From: Clostridiales bacterium UBA6330
Lineage (GTDB): Bacteria; Bacillota; Clostridia; Oscillospirales; CAG-272
Length of the DNA stretch: 64,000 nt
Reading direction: 5' to 3'
NCBI GenBank assembly: GCA_002438075.1
Contig: DJSQ01000212.1
Location: 20,182 to 84,181, forward strand
Below are positions 33,760 through 43,138 of this stretch, piece by piece. The notes below the pieces were generated by a model. It saw only the letters and a list, made by a program, of their open reading frames with translations, did not search any database and was not told the origin of the DNA. How positions within the stretch are numbered: position 1 is the first letter of the stretch; the number at the start of each line of letters is the position of its first letter. The position numbers and the translations under genes were made by a program.

Positions 33760-36546
33760 ATGTCGAATTTCAAAATTGAATTGGAACACCCGTGGTTGCT
33801 TCTCCTTTTGATACCGGTTCTGTTTTTCAGTCTGTTCCCGTTCTTCCGACTTTCAAGAAAATACCGTCGCAACCGCAACCGCATCATTTCGGTTGTGATG
33901 CACACGCTGGCAATGCTGCTTTGCGTTGCGATGGTGGTCGGGCTGACCTTTACCTACGAGCTGCCGAACAAAAAGAATGAGCTGATCGTGCTGGTTGACC
34001 GTTCGGACAGCGGGGTGGAGAATGAAGCCCTGCGCGAGGAATTTTTGCAGGATGTCATCAATGCCTGCGACAAGAACTACAAGCTGGGCGTGGTGTCGTT
34101 CGGCTGGGATGCGGTTTATGCCGCGCCGCTTTCCTATGATAAGCGGGAGGGGTACAGGCAGTATCTCTCCGCGTTGGAGCCGGATGTCGGTGCAACCAAT
34201 CTTGCGGGTGCAATCACATTTGCGGCGGAGCAATTTGAAAATCCGAATACCGCAAAGATTCTGATCCTTTCGGACGGCTTGCAAACAGACGGAGACGCAC
34301 TGTCTGCGGTGAAGCTGGCGGCGGCAAAGGGCATTAAGGTCGATGCCGTGAATCTTGCCAATACCGAGCACAACGAGATGCAGATTCTGGATGTGAAAAT
34401 GCCGGAGAACCGCATTGTGCCCGGGCAGACGGCAACCGTCACGCTGACGATTCAAACCAACCTCAAGGCGGAGGAGTCGGCAACGCTGAATGTAACCGAC
34501 ATGGGATACAAGAGCGGCTCGCACGCAATCCGACTGGTAAAGGGCATTCAGAAGGTTGAGATTCAGCACACCTTTCAGTCGGGCGGACTGCACGACCTGA
34601 ACTTTCAGCTGGTCGGGGCGGATTCCTCCGATACGGTGGAGCAGAATAATGTTTACCATGCCTATCTGAATATCCCGCTGCTTGAGAACATCCTGATTCT
34701 GGAGAGCAAGCAGGGAGAGGCGGATGCGCTGGAGTCCATTCTCGGTCAGATGCATACGGTACAGGTATTCAACATTCATGAGGATGCGGACCTGATTCCC
34801 AAAAACGTGCGGGAGCTTTCGGCATATGAGGAGGTTTTCTTAGTTAATCTTTCCAATGCCGATTTGACCTCCGACACGATGCCGCCGGATTTTGTGCAGA
34901 CCCTGTATGATTATGTCTACAACATCGGCGGCGGACTCTTTACCGTTGGCGGAGAGAACGACACGTTGGACGGCGGTACGCTTGTACCGCACGCATACAA
35001 CCGTCTGGACATGGAGGGAACCCTTTTCCAGCAGATGCTGCCCGTGCAGGTGGTTGAATACACACCGCCGCTGGCAGTAATGATTGTGATTGATGCCTCC
35101 GGCTCCATGAGTATGGGAAAATATGAGGCGGCGCTGAAGGCGGCGGAGGAAATTCTGGGCTCGCTCAGTGCCCGTGACTATTGCGGCGTAACAACCTTTG
35201 ATACGACATCGACCGAAGCAATCAGCGTACTGCCCGTTGCGCAGAAGGACCGGATACTGGATGCGATCCATTCGCTGAATAGTACGCAGGGTGGCTCCGG
35301 TTCCGGCGGAACGGTTTTTGCCGGAGCAATTGAGCTTGCCGGACGTGCGATTGCGCCGATTCCGGTTGAGCGGAGACATATCGTTCTGATAACGGACGGT
35401 GATCCTTCTGACCATCTGGAGGAGCAGAGCGACAACGATAAGAATTCTTACGGAAAGTATATTCTGGACAATTACAATCAGAACGGTATTACAATGTCGA
35501 TTTTTGCCCTGAGTCGGTCCGCCAATAAAGTGGAGGAGCTGACCAAGGCGGCGGAAGAATACGGTCACGGACATTTTTACGATATTCCATCGGGTGAGCT
35601 GAACCGTGTACAGGCTTATGCAAAGAGCGATATGGCGGAGGTCTCCCTGAAAGAATACGAAGAAGGGATTACCTTCACGCCGAAGGTGCGGGATCAGTCC
35701 ACCGTTCTCAACGGTATTGACACGACAACGGTTATCCCGTCTTTGAAGGGGTACTACGGGACCAAGATTAAGGAAGGGGCAAAGGTGCCGCTGATTTATC
35801 AGTACGTTCCGATCTATGCCGAGTGGGATTTCGGTGCGGGACGTGTCGGCAGCTTCCTTTCCGACCTCGGCGGCGCATGGTCCGTGGACTTTATAAAGGA
35901 TGCGGTCGGACAGCGAATTGTGGAGAACATCGCGGATAGCCTGTCTCCCTCCGATGACCTTGAACCGGATCGATTGGAACTGGTCCTGCGGATGCTTGAG
36001 GAAAATTACTCCACACGATTGAATGTTTACACAACACTCGGCGAGGGGGAGAGCGTATCGGTGAAGGTTAAACCGCTTTCCGATGCGGCATCCCGCTTCT
36101 ATGGCGGAGATGTGCCGGTCACCTCGCTTGGGGACAATGTCGGATTTGACTTTTTCATCACCTGCGGCGGTGTTTACCGTATTACGGTAACCAAAACCAA
36201 CGCGAACGGCGAAACGCTTGCCGAGCGCACCGAGTATAAGGTCTTTTCCTACTCCGAAGAGTATCGGATGTTCAGGGACGAGGATGAGGGTGCCAAGCTG
36301 TTGGAGCAATTGACCCAAAACGGCAACGGAGAAATGATTACCGATGCGGTGGAGACCTATGCGACCTTTGCCAAAACCTATCCTAAGACAACAGACCCGC
36401 GCATTGTGTTTTTGATCCTTGCGATTGTGTGTGTTTTGATTGATGTTGCGGTACGGAAGTTTAAGTTCAAATGGCCGCATGAGCTGATTCGTGACCGTAA
36501 AAACCTAAAGCGGCTTGCCGATGAAAAGGCACCGAAGGAGCGGTAA
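33760..36546 (+). CDS. BatA-type N-terminal double-TM protein with two VWA domains and a C-terminal TM anchor
   Basis: 928 aa. N-terminus HPWLLLLLIPVLFFSLFPFF; MIDAS motifs LVDRSDSG and VIDASGSMS; C-terminal IVFLILAIVCVLIDVAV. AGGAGA RBS. Confidence 0.8.
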   Translation: MSNFKIELEHPWLLLLLIPVLFFSLFPFFRLSRKYRRNRNRIISVVMHTLAMLLCVAMVVGLTFTYELPNKKNELIVLVDRSDSGVENEALREEFLQDVINACDKNYKLGVVSFGWDAVYAAPLSYDKREGYRQYLSALEPDVGATNLAGAITFAAEQFENPNTAKILILSDGLQTDGDALSAVKLAAAKGIKVDAVNLANTEHNEMQILDVKMPENRIVPGQTATVTLTIQTNLKAEESATLNVTDMGYKSGSHAIRLVKGIQKVEIQHTFQSGGLHDLNFQLVGADSSDTVEQNNVYHAYLNIPLLENILILESKQGEADALESILGQMHTVQVFNIHEDADLIPKNVRELSAYEEVFLVNLSNADLTSDTMPPDFVQTLYDYVYNIGGGLFTVGGENDTLDGGTLVPHAYNRLDMEGTLFQQMLPVQVVEYTPPLAVMIVIDASGSMSMGKYEAALKAAEEILGSLSARDYCGVTTFDTTSTEAISVLPVAQKDRILDAIHSLNSTQGGSGSGGTVFAGAIELAGRAIAPIPVERRHIVLITDGDPSDHLEEQSDNDKNSYGKYILDNYNQNGITMSIFALSRSANKVEELTKAAEEYGHGHFYDIPSGELNRVQAYAKSDMAEVSLKEYEEGITFTPKVRDQSTVLNGIDTTTVIPSLKGYYGTKIKEGAKVPLIYQYVPIYAEWDFGAGRVGSFLSDLGGAWSVDFIKDAVGQRIVENIADSLSPSDDLEPDRLELVLRMLEENYSTRLNVYTTLGEGESVSVKVKPLSDAASRFYGGDVPVTSLGDNVGFDFFITCGGVYRITVTKTNANGETLAERTEYKVFSYSEEYRMFRDEDEGAKLLEQLTQNGNGEMITDAVETYATFAKTYPKTTDPRIVFLILAIVCVLIDVAVRKFKFKWPHELIRDRKNLKRLADEKAPKER

Positions 36547-36591
36547 CGGCAGATGACCGAAAAGGAAAAGACCGAAATGAAGGAGAACGGA

Positions 36592-39417
36592 ATGAAAAAA
36601 CGAATTCGGTGGGTCCTGCTCTGTCTGACAATTGGGCTTGCCTTCCTGCTTGGCGGGTGCGGCGGAAATACGCTGTCCACGCCAAGCAAGGTGCAGATTG
36701 ATCCGATTACGTTAACCCTTTCGTGGAAGGCGGTCGGCGGAGCGGCATATTACACCGTGGAGATTACCGGAAACGGGGAAACGGTGGAAAAGGATTCCGG
36801 AAAGAACAGCTATTCTCTCGAACGTCTGGAGGAAGGCTCCTACACCCTGCGGGTGCGTGCGGTTGCAGGAAGTGACGGAGAAAAGAAGGATTCCGGTTGG
36901 TCGCAGTCATTGAGCTTCGTTCGGGAGCACGAAACGGGACTTACGTTTGCGCTGAACGAACGACGGGATGCGTTTGAGGTAACGGGAATCGGCTCGGCAA
37001 CGGGGGAGATTACCGTACCGGATACGTATCGCGGCTATCCCGTTACCGCGATTGCGGATCGTGCGTTTTACAACAAGAGTGCCGTAACACGGGTGGTTCT
37101 GGGAGAGAACATTGTGTCAATCGGAGAACAGGCATTCGCCAATTGCTCGTATCTGACCGATGTTAATCTGCCGATAAACCTGAAATATATCGGCAAAATG
37201 GCATTCCAGAGCTGCCGTGTGCTTGCAACGCCTGCGGTAATTCCGACCGGCGTGACAGAGCTTGGCGAGCAGGCATTCCAGTATTGCCGTAAGCTGCCGT
37301 CGGTCGACCTCGGAAATGCAGTAAAGAAAATCGGTGACAACGCATTTGACGGCTGTGAGTCTTTGGAGACTGTGGTGATTCCGGACAGTGTGACTTCTCT
37401 TGGAAACGGTGCTTTCGCACGGTGCACTGCGCTGAAAAACGTGACGCTCGGAAACGGAATCCGAGCATTGGGGACCGATGCGTTCAGACAATGCACCGCA
37501 TTGACTGCCGTTTCAATTGGCGAAAGCATCCAAACGATTGGAGATTATGCGTTTGCGGGGTGCTCGGCACTGACCTCGGTTGCGATGGAGAACGGTGTAA
37601 CCGAGCTGGGAGAATTCGCTTTTGCGGATTGCACGGCGCTGGAGCAGGTTCCGCACCTGAGTACGGCTTTGGTGCGGATCGGGCGTTCGGCATTTTCGGG
37701 AACGCCGCTGTTTGCGGGGACCGAAGCAGGTCCGGTCTATATCGGAGGCTGGTTGCTGGGATACACGGGAAACAGTATGCGCGGAAAGACGGTTGCGAAC
37801 GGAACGGTTGGCATCGCGGATTACGCACTGGCAAAGTGTGAAGAGTTTGATGATGTTCTGACACTTCCCGACAGTGTGCGGTACATCGGCGAGGGTGCGT
37901 TTTCCGATTGCGCAAAGCTGACGGGTGTGATTCTCGGAAGCGGTGTCCTGCGGATTGGGAATGAAGCCTTTATCCGATGTGTGGCGCTTTCGGGAATCTA
38001 CCTCGGAGAATACAACAGTACGGCTGGAGGGCTGGGAAACAGCAGTCTGACCGACATCGGCGATTATGCCTTCGGCAACTGCACATCGCTGTCCGAAATC
38101 GAGATTCCGAACAGCGTCACGCACATTGGAATGCGCGCATTCCGAGGCTCCGCGCTTTACAACAACGCAGACCGTGAAGCTTACGCCGGCAGATGGCTGG
38201 TGGACTGCAAGGAAAACGGCTCTTACGGGAGTGTTGCGGTTACAGACGGAACGGTCGGTATTGCCGATTATGCGTTCTATGAATGCAAGGGTATCAGTGC
38301 TGTGACCATTCCGGACAGTGTAAGAACGATAGGCAGAGGCGCGTTCTATAAATGCCAAGCGTTGGCAAGCGTCACGCTTCCGACCGGACTGACCGAAATT
38401 CGGGATTACACCTTCTATCGGTGCACGGAACTGGTTTTGCCTGAGTTGCCCGAAACGTTGACCCGAATCGGCAGGAGCGCGTTCTACAAGTGCCGTTTGG
38501 TTGCGGAAAAGGATGAGAGCGAGGAAAACCGTCTGGTTATTCCTGCGGGCGTTACGGAAATCGGGGACTTTGCCTTCTATGCCTGCACGTATACCTATAC
38601 GGACAGTGCAACGGCAGAGCAGAAGAACGGCGGTATTGACATTCTGGTAATCGGAGACGGGACGGTCTCCATCGGCGCGAATGCGTTCTCGGGAATTGTG
38701 ACAATCCGTCGGGTGACACTGGGCGCAAGCCTGCGCACGGTCGGTGAAAAGGCATTTTACAAATGTACAGGACTTCAGTCGGTGACCTTCGGCGAAAAGC
38801 TGCAGGCAATTGCGGACAAGGCTTTCTACGGGTGCTCTGCATTGGAGGAGGTCAGATTGCCGATGTCCCTGACCGAAATCGGTTCGTATGCCTTTTACCG
38901 CTGTATTGCGATTACGGACTTGGACCTTGGCGGAACAGCGCGTGTGGGAGATGCCGCTTTTCTGGGATGTATCGGGCTCCGTCAGCTGACGCTCCCCGAC
39001 AGCCTGCGGGAAATCGGTAAACAGAGCTTCCGCGGATGCGTGTGGCTGGAGGCTGTTGTCATTCCGAACACGGTGGAAACCGTTGGTGCACACGCCTTCT
39101 ACGGTTGCCCGAATCTGACACTGTTCCTGACGTCGGAAACCGTACCGGAGCGCTTTGACGAGCGGTGGAATTCCTCCTACCGTCCGGTTGTTTACGGTAC
39201 AACGGTGGAAAACGGAGCTGTGCGCTCCTTTGTGTGGGATACGGACAAGGTTCGGAATCTCAACGACAGCAACCGACTTTCCGACCCGATACAGGTCGGG
39301 TACAGCTTTGTTGGCTGGAGCACGACCGAGGGTGGGGAAGCGGAATACACCTCCGAAACGCTCTCAAAGGTTTCGAACGGTACAACCTTGTATGCACTTT
39401 ATAAATCCGATAGCTGA
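36592..39417 (+). CDS. Surface lipoprotein (941 aa): Fn3-like module + BspA-type LRRs + C-terminal B-repeat
   Basis: Start at MKKRIRWVLLCLTIGLAFLLGGC (lipobox). LTLSWKAVGGAAYYTVEI module, many IPDSVTSLGNGAFARC-type units, and a C-terminal VGYSFVGWSTTEGG...TLYALY. Confidence 0.85.
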   Translation: MKKRIRWVLLCLTIGLAFLLGGCGGNTLSTPSKVQIDPITLTLSWKAVGGAAYYTVEITGNGETVEKDSGKNSYSLERLEEGSYTLRVRAVAGSDGEKKDSGWSQSLSFVREHETGLTFALNERRDAFEVTGIGSATGEITVPDTYRGYPVTAIADRAFYNKSAVTRVVLGENIVSIGEQAFANCSYLTDVNLPINLKYIGKMAFQSCRVLATPAVIPTGVTELGEQAFQYCRKLPSVDLGNAVKKIGDNAFDGCESLETVVIPDSVTSLGNGAFARCTALKNVTLGNGIRALGTDAFRQCTALTAVSIGESIQTIGDYAFAGCSALTSVAMENGVTELGEFAFADCTALEQVPHLSTALVRIGRSAFSGTPLFAGTEAGPVYIGGWLLGYTGNSMRGKTVANGTVGIADYALAKCEEFDDVLTLPDSVRYIGEGAFSDCAKLTGVILGSGVLRIGNEAFIRCVALSGIYLGEYNSTAGGLGNSSLTDIGDYAFGNCTSLSEIEIPNSVTHIGMRAFRGSALYNNADREAYAGRWLVDCKENGSYGSVAVTDGTVGIADYAFYECKGISAVTIPDSVRTIGRGAFYKCQALASVTLPTGLTEIRDYTFYRCTELVLPELPETLTRIGRSAFYKCRLVAEKDESEENRLVIPAGVTEIGDFAFYACTYTYTDSATAEQKNGGIDILVIGDGTVSIGANAFSGIVTIRRVTLGASLRTVGEKAFYKCTGLQSVTFGEKLQAIADKAFYGCSALEEVRLPMSLTEIGSYAFYRCIAITDLDLGGTARVGDAAFLGCIGLRQLTLPDSLREIGKQSFRGCVWLEAVVIPNTVETVGAHAFYGCPNLTLFLTSETVPERFDERWNSSYRPVVYGTTVENGAVRSFVWDTDKVRNLNDSNRLSDPIQVGYSFVGWSTTEGGEAEYTSETLSKVSNGTTLYALYKSDS
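37010..39125 (+). repeat. Protein-level BspA-type LRR array in the 941-aa lipoprotein
   Basis: Consecutive ...IG..AF..C..L..V.IP..V... units across about 700 aa. Confidence 0.8.
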
Positions 39418-39482
39418 CCGATTTTAGTCGGCGGTTGATATTCGGGAGTGATTTCCCGATTGGTAAGAAAGGATATGAATCA

Positions 39483-42400
39483 ATGAGAAAACAGTTTTCC
39501 GTGCTTGCGTTGGCTTTGCTGATGCTGCTGGTCTCCTTATTGGGGACCTCCTGCGGCATCAAGGAGCTGACGGTTGAAAAGAATCCTCAGCTGGTTTTTG
39601 TGCAGGGAAATGATTTGGACCTTTCCGCAGGTGCACTTTCTGCGGATGGGAAAACCATCGCTTTTGATGCGGATGGTGTGGAAGTGAGCGGTTACGATAA
39701 GGACTTACTCGGTGAGCAGACCCTGACCGTTACTTACAAGAAGAAAACGGTAGAGTTTACCGTCACCGTTGTGCCGCGTATTCAGGCGGCGGAGCCGTAT
39801 GTATACTTTGTCGGAGAGTCGATGGATGCAGTCGGACTTCGTCTCCGCGTTACGAAGGATGACGGAACCTATATTTCGGTTTCGGGGGATGATGCGAATG
39901 TCACGATTTCGGGCTTCACATCCGAAGCTCCGAACGATGCGCTGGAGCTGAGCGTTTCCTGTCGGGACGGCGGAGTGGATTACAACGGTAGCATTACCGT
40001 ATCGGTGGTTACGCCGGAAATTACCTTCAAGAAGCCGCGCAAGACCGAATACGGCAGCCATGAGACCGAGCTGGATACACCCGGTATTTCGCTGACCCTG
40101 AAGAATGCAGACGGAAAAACGACTCGGAATATCAACAACAGTGAGCTGAAGCTGGAGGGGTTTGACCCCACCGCCGCTACCGCAGAAAAGCCGTCGGTTT
40201 CCGAGACAATCAAGGTGTTCTTCGGTGGCAGAGAGATGGCAAAATTTGATGTGACGGTGAATTACAGCGATGTTTCGCGCATCAAGGATTCCGCCAAGGT
40301 GTTCCGCACATTGGATTGGTCGCATTATGAGCGTCCCGAGAACGGAATGTACCTCCCCGAGGGCGCAACCGACGCAATGGGGCAGGACGCTATGGCAACG
40401 CTTGAGCGGTACTATCAGCTGAATGACAAGGATGCGGCACTCATTGCGCAGGATGATCTGGATGCAACCGCACGTCTGGCGGTTATTTACGGATACAATC
40501 AGTGGACGGAGGCAATCAACCGTGCATATGAAAATGTATTCGAGATGCACTTGGGCGAGATTACCTACACCTGCGTGGAGAAGCAGGACGCAGAAAACGG
40601 TCTTGCAAAGCTCCGCGCGGCAAGCGATGACGACACCAAGCTGATTCTCTCCTACGGTTCCATCCTGAAAAACGAGAAGCTGAACGAAAAGTGCGGCGAA
40701 ACCGTTATTTATGACGGGGCAGAGGAGGACGGTGTCAAGGTTGAGCTTGCCGTTGGGCATATGCTGACCATCATCTACGATTCCTCCTACTTCTCAACCA
40801 AGGTTGTAAATGTGCTGGACAAGATGATTTCTCTGCCCGATCTGCTGAAGGTTCCGTCGGATTGGACTGTTGATTCGCTCGCCGCTTACGGAGATCAGAT
40901 TGAAACCGCCTATAACAAGGTGCTGGAAATCTACATGAGCGACGCGGGGGATATCGGAGCACTTGAGATTGTCAACAACTGGAGACAGAAGCATGACTTC
41001 TTTGAAATTCTGTATCGCTACTTCTTCAGCGAATATCAGTCGACCGATGCAACGGTTTCCGAGGCGGCGGACAAGAAGATTGACCAGCTGGCAAAGCTTA
41101 TCCTGCCCGGAAAGCTACAGGAAATGTATACCTCGGCGGTGCTGGCTCAGGCAGTTCAGCTCACCATGCGACAGGCAAAGTCGCAATATGCGGGCATGGA
41201 CAGCGGCGTTCCGTCCCTGATGGAAAGCACCTACTTCTTTACCAACTACAACAAACTTGCAAGTGACAGTCTGGAGCTGTTTGACGAGAATGACCCGATG
41301 TATATGGAGCTTTATCGGCGTGTGCTTGCCCAAACGGTTCTGACTTTGCAGTGGGGTGACTGCGGGTATTATGATCTGCTTGGAACCTCGGCACTGGACG
41401 ATGCGTGCCTCGGGGTTCTGAAGCAGTACCTTGACCTTTGGGAAGCAGTGCAGGAGAATAGCAGCTATCTGGAATCCTCGGAATTCGGAAACGGCGTAAA
41501 GAAAATGTTTGCCGATTTCGTTGCGTTGGAGCCGGTAGAGCAATACAATCTGATGGGGGCAATCAACTATCTGTATCGGGATAACCATATGCCCACTATG
41601 GTGCTTTACCCGAATGACGGCGCACTCTTTTCCGAGTTTTCCTCTTACATTTATGCTTATTATCTGACCAAGCTCGGTGTGAATGTGGAAGAGGAAAACT
41701 ACACTGACACTGCCGCATACAAAGCCTTTACGGGACTGATGATTGCGATGGAGTGCTACGCAAACGGTGACTGGACGACCTTTGGCACCTATATGACTGC
41801 GGCGAATACCGCATATGCTTCGCTGAGCGAAGATATGAAAAATACGTTTGACAGTGAGCTCTCGTTCCTTCGCAATAAATACAACACCAAGCTTGCCTTC
41901 TTTGAAGCAAGAGTAAATGAAGACGGTGAAACGGAGTATGTCTTTAAGACCATTCCGCTTGACACGACCTACACGGAGCTTTTTGAAAAGCTCGCAAAGG
42001 AGCTTTCCCGTGCACAGATTGCAAAGCTGTTTATTGAGGATCTGGCTGAATTTACAGGGACATCGGTCGACCTTTATCTGGCATACATTGCGTCTTATGA
42101 GCGTGTCCGCTTCTACGCAGAACAGATTCTGAGCTGCGGAGACGAACAGGTTCTGCTGGCATTCAGAGAGCAGCCTTACGGAAGCGATGCTTTTCCGCTC
42201 GAGCGGTCTTACTACGATGCAAAAGCCAACTACCTGCGGTATCTGGCGATGCTCGGCGTAGAGGAAAAGGATTACGACAATGAAAACACCGTAAATCTGC
42301 GGATGTTCCTCAGAACCTATGCAGATTACTTCTGGAGAAGCGCATCGCAGATGTATCAGGTTCCGGATATGCTGGACGAGAATTTTGAGTTGAGTGTGGA

Positions 42401-42806
42401 TAGCCTGAAGCAGATGATGAAGGATTTCCGTGCCCTCAACGAGACCGAAAAGTATTTGCTATACGGTCTGGATTCGCTCAGCCTCTATTACGGCGGCATG
42501 GTGACCTACCTGACCAATACCTACGGTTCGGAGTCGCCGGTCCCGTCCCTTGCGTATATGCTGATGCTGGTTGAGGTTTATCACTACACCTACGTGGCAG
42601 ACCCTGATCAAACCTTCACAATGGAGGACGGAAGCGTCATGAGCGCGAAGGAGCTGTTGCTGGAAACGTGGGAAATCTTCTACTCCGATAATGACGGAAG
42701 CTATCTGTCACTGTCGGGGAGCGACAGAGCCATCTTTGATCAGTATTTCGAGGAGATGGTGGATTACTACAGCGCCATTTGCGAGACATTGGTGAACGAA
42801 GCCTGA
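39483..42806 (+). CDS. Lipoprotein (1,107 aa): N-terminal Ig-like (Big_3-type) domains + ~830-aa helical region with no recognisable domain
   Basis: Start at MRKQFSVLALALLMLLVSLLGTSC (lipobox). Has the Ig-like pattern ...VEVSGYDKDLLGEQTLTVTYKKKTVEFTVTV. The remainder is rich in Y/W/F/L/E and I recognise no motif in it. Confidence 0.7.
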   Translation: MRKQFSVLALALLMLLVSLLGTSCGIKELTVEKNPQLVFVQGNDLDLSAGALSADGKTIAFDADGVEVSGYDKDLLGEQTLTVTYKKKTVEFTVTVVPRIQAAEPYVYFVGESMDAVGLRLRVTKDDGTYISVSGDDANVTISGFTSEAPNDALELSVSCRDGGVDYNGSITVSVVTPEITFKKPRKTEYGSHETELDTPGISLTLKNADGKTTRNINNSELKLEGFDPTAATAEKPSVSETIKVFFGGREMAKFDVTVNYSDVSRIKDSAKVFRTLDWSHYERPENGMYLPEGATDAMGQDAMATLERYYQLNDKDAALIAQDDLDATARLAVIYGYNQWTEAINRAYENVFEMHLGEITYTCVEKQDAENGLAKLRAASDDDTKLILSYGSILKNEKLNEKCGETVIYDGAEEDGVKVELAVGHMLTIIYDSSYFSTKVVNVLDKMISLPDLLKVPSDWTVDSLAAYGDQIETAYNKVLEIYMSDAGDIGALEIVNNWRQKHDFFEILYRYFFSEYQSTDATVSEAADKKIDQLAKLILPGKLQEMYTSAVLAQAVQLTMRQAKSQYAGMDSGVPSLMESTYFFTNYNKLASDSLELFDENDPMYMELYRRVLAQTVLTLQWGDCGYYDLLGTSALDDACLGVLKQYLDLWEAVQENSSYLESSEFGNGVKKMFADFVALEPVEQYNLMGAINYLYRDNHMPTMVLYPNDGALFSEFSSYIYAYYLTKLGVNVEEENYTDTAAYKAFTGLMIAMECYANGDWTTFGTYMTAANTAYASLSEDMKNTFDSELSFLRNKYNTKLAFFEARVNEDGETEYVFKTIPLDTTYTELFEKLAKELSRAQIAKLFIEDLAEFTGTSVDLYLAYIASYERVRFYAEQILSCGDEQVLLAFREQPYGSDAFPLERSYYDAKANYLRYLAMLGVEEKDYDNENTVNLRMFLRTYADYFWRSASQMYQVPDMLDENFELSVDSLKQMMKDFRALNETEKYLLYGLDSLSLYYGGMVTYLTNTYGSESPVPSLAYMLMLVEVYHYTYVADPDQTFTMEDGSVMSAKELLLETWEIFYSDNDGSYLSLSGSDRAIFDQYFEEMVDYYSAICETLVNEA

Positions 42807-42962
42807 TTGTAAATCGGTCAATCGGGAGAAAAAGGGGAGCTCCTGCGGGAGTTCCCCAAAGTCACGCACACGGTTCCTGCTCCGTAATTTTTGCGGAGAC
42901 GGGACAAAAAGTTCCAAAATATAGCGTTGAAAAAACATAAATACTTTTTTACAGTGTCATAA

Positions 42963-43024
42963 TTTGTCGGAAACGTCGAAAAGATGACGGTTTCGACGAA
43001 AAAGTTCGTTTTGTTTGTCGAATT
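42963..43024 (+). promoter_or_regulatory. Cluster of GTCGAA/TTCGAC motifs overlapping the -35 of the protease operon promoter (candidate operator)
   Basis: TTTGTCGGAAA (42963-42973). 8-bp inverted repeat CGTCGAAA (42974-42981) / TTTCGACG (42991-42998). TTTGTCGAATT (43014-43024) overlaps the -35. Confidence 0.3.
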
Positions 43025-43051
43025 GCACTTGGAGCGTATCTGCTGTATAAT
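43023..43051 (+). promoter_or_regulatory. Candidate promoter of the protease/Opp operon (TTGCAC, 17 nt, TATAAT)
   Basis: ttgcac at 43023-43028 and tataat at 43046-43051, about 90 nt upstream of the start. Confidence 0.45.
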
Positions 43052-43138
43052 AAGATGTTAGCATAAACGCACGAAAGGTCGGGCGGCTGTTGCAGATGAA
43101 GAGCCGTCGGACGAGGATTCATGATATCGGAGGAAGAT

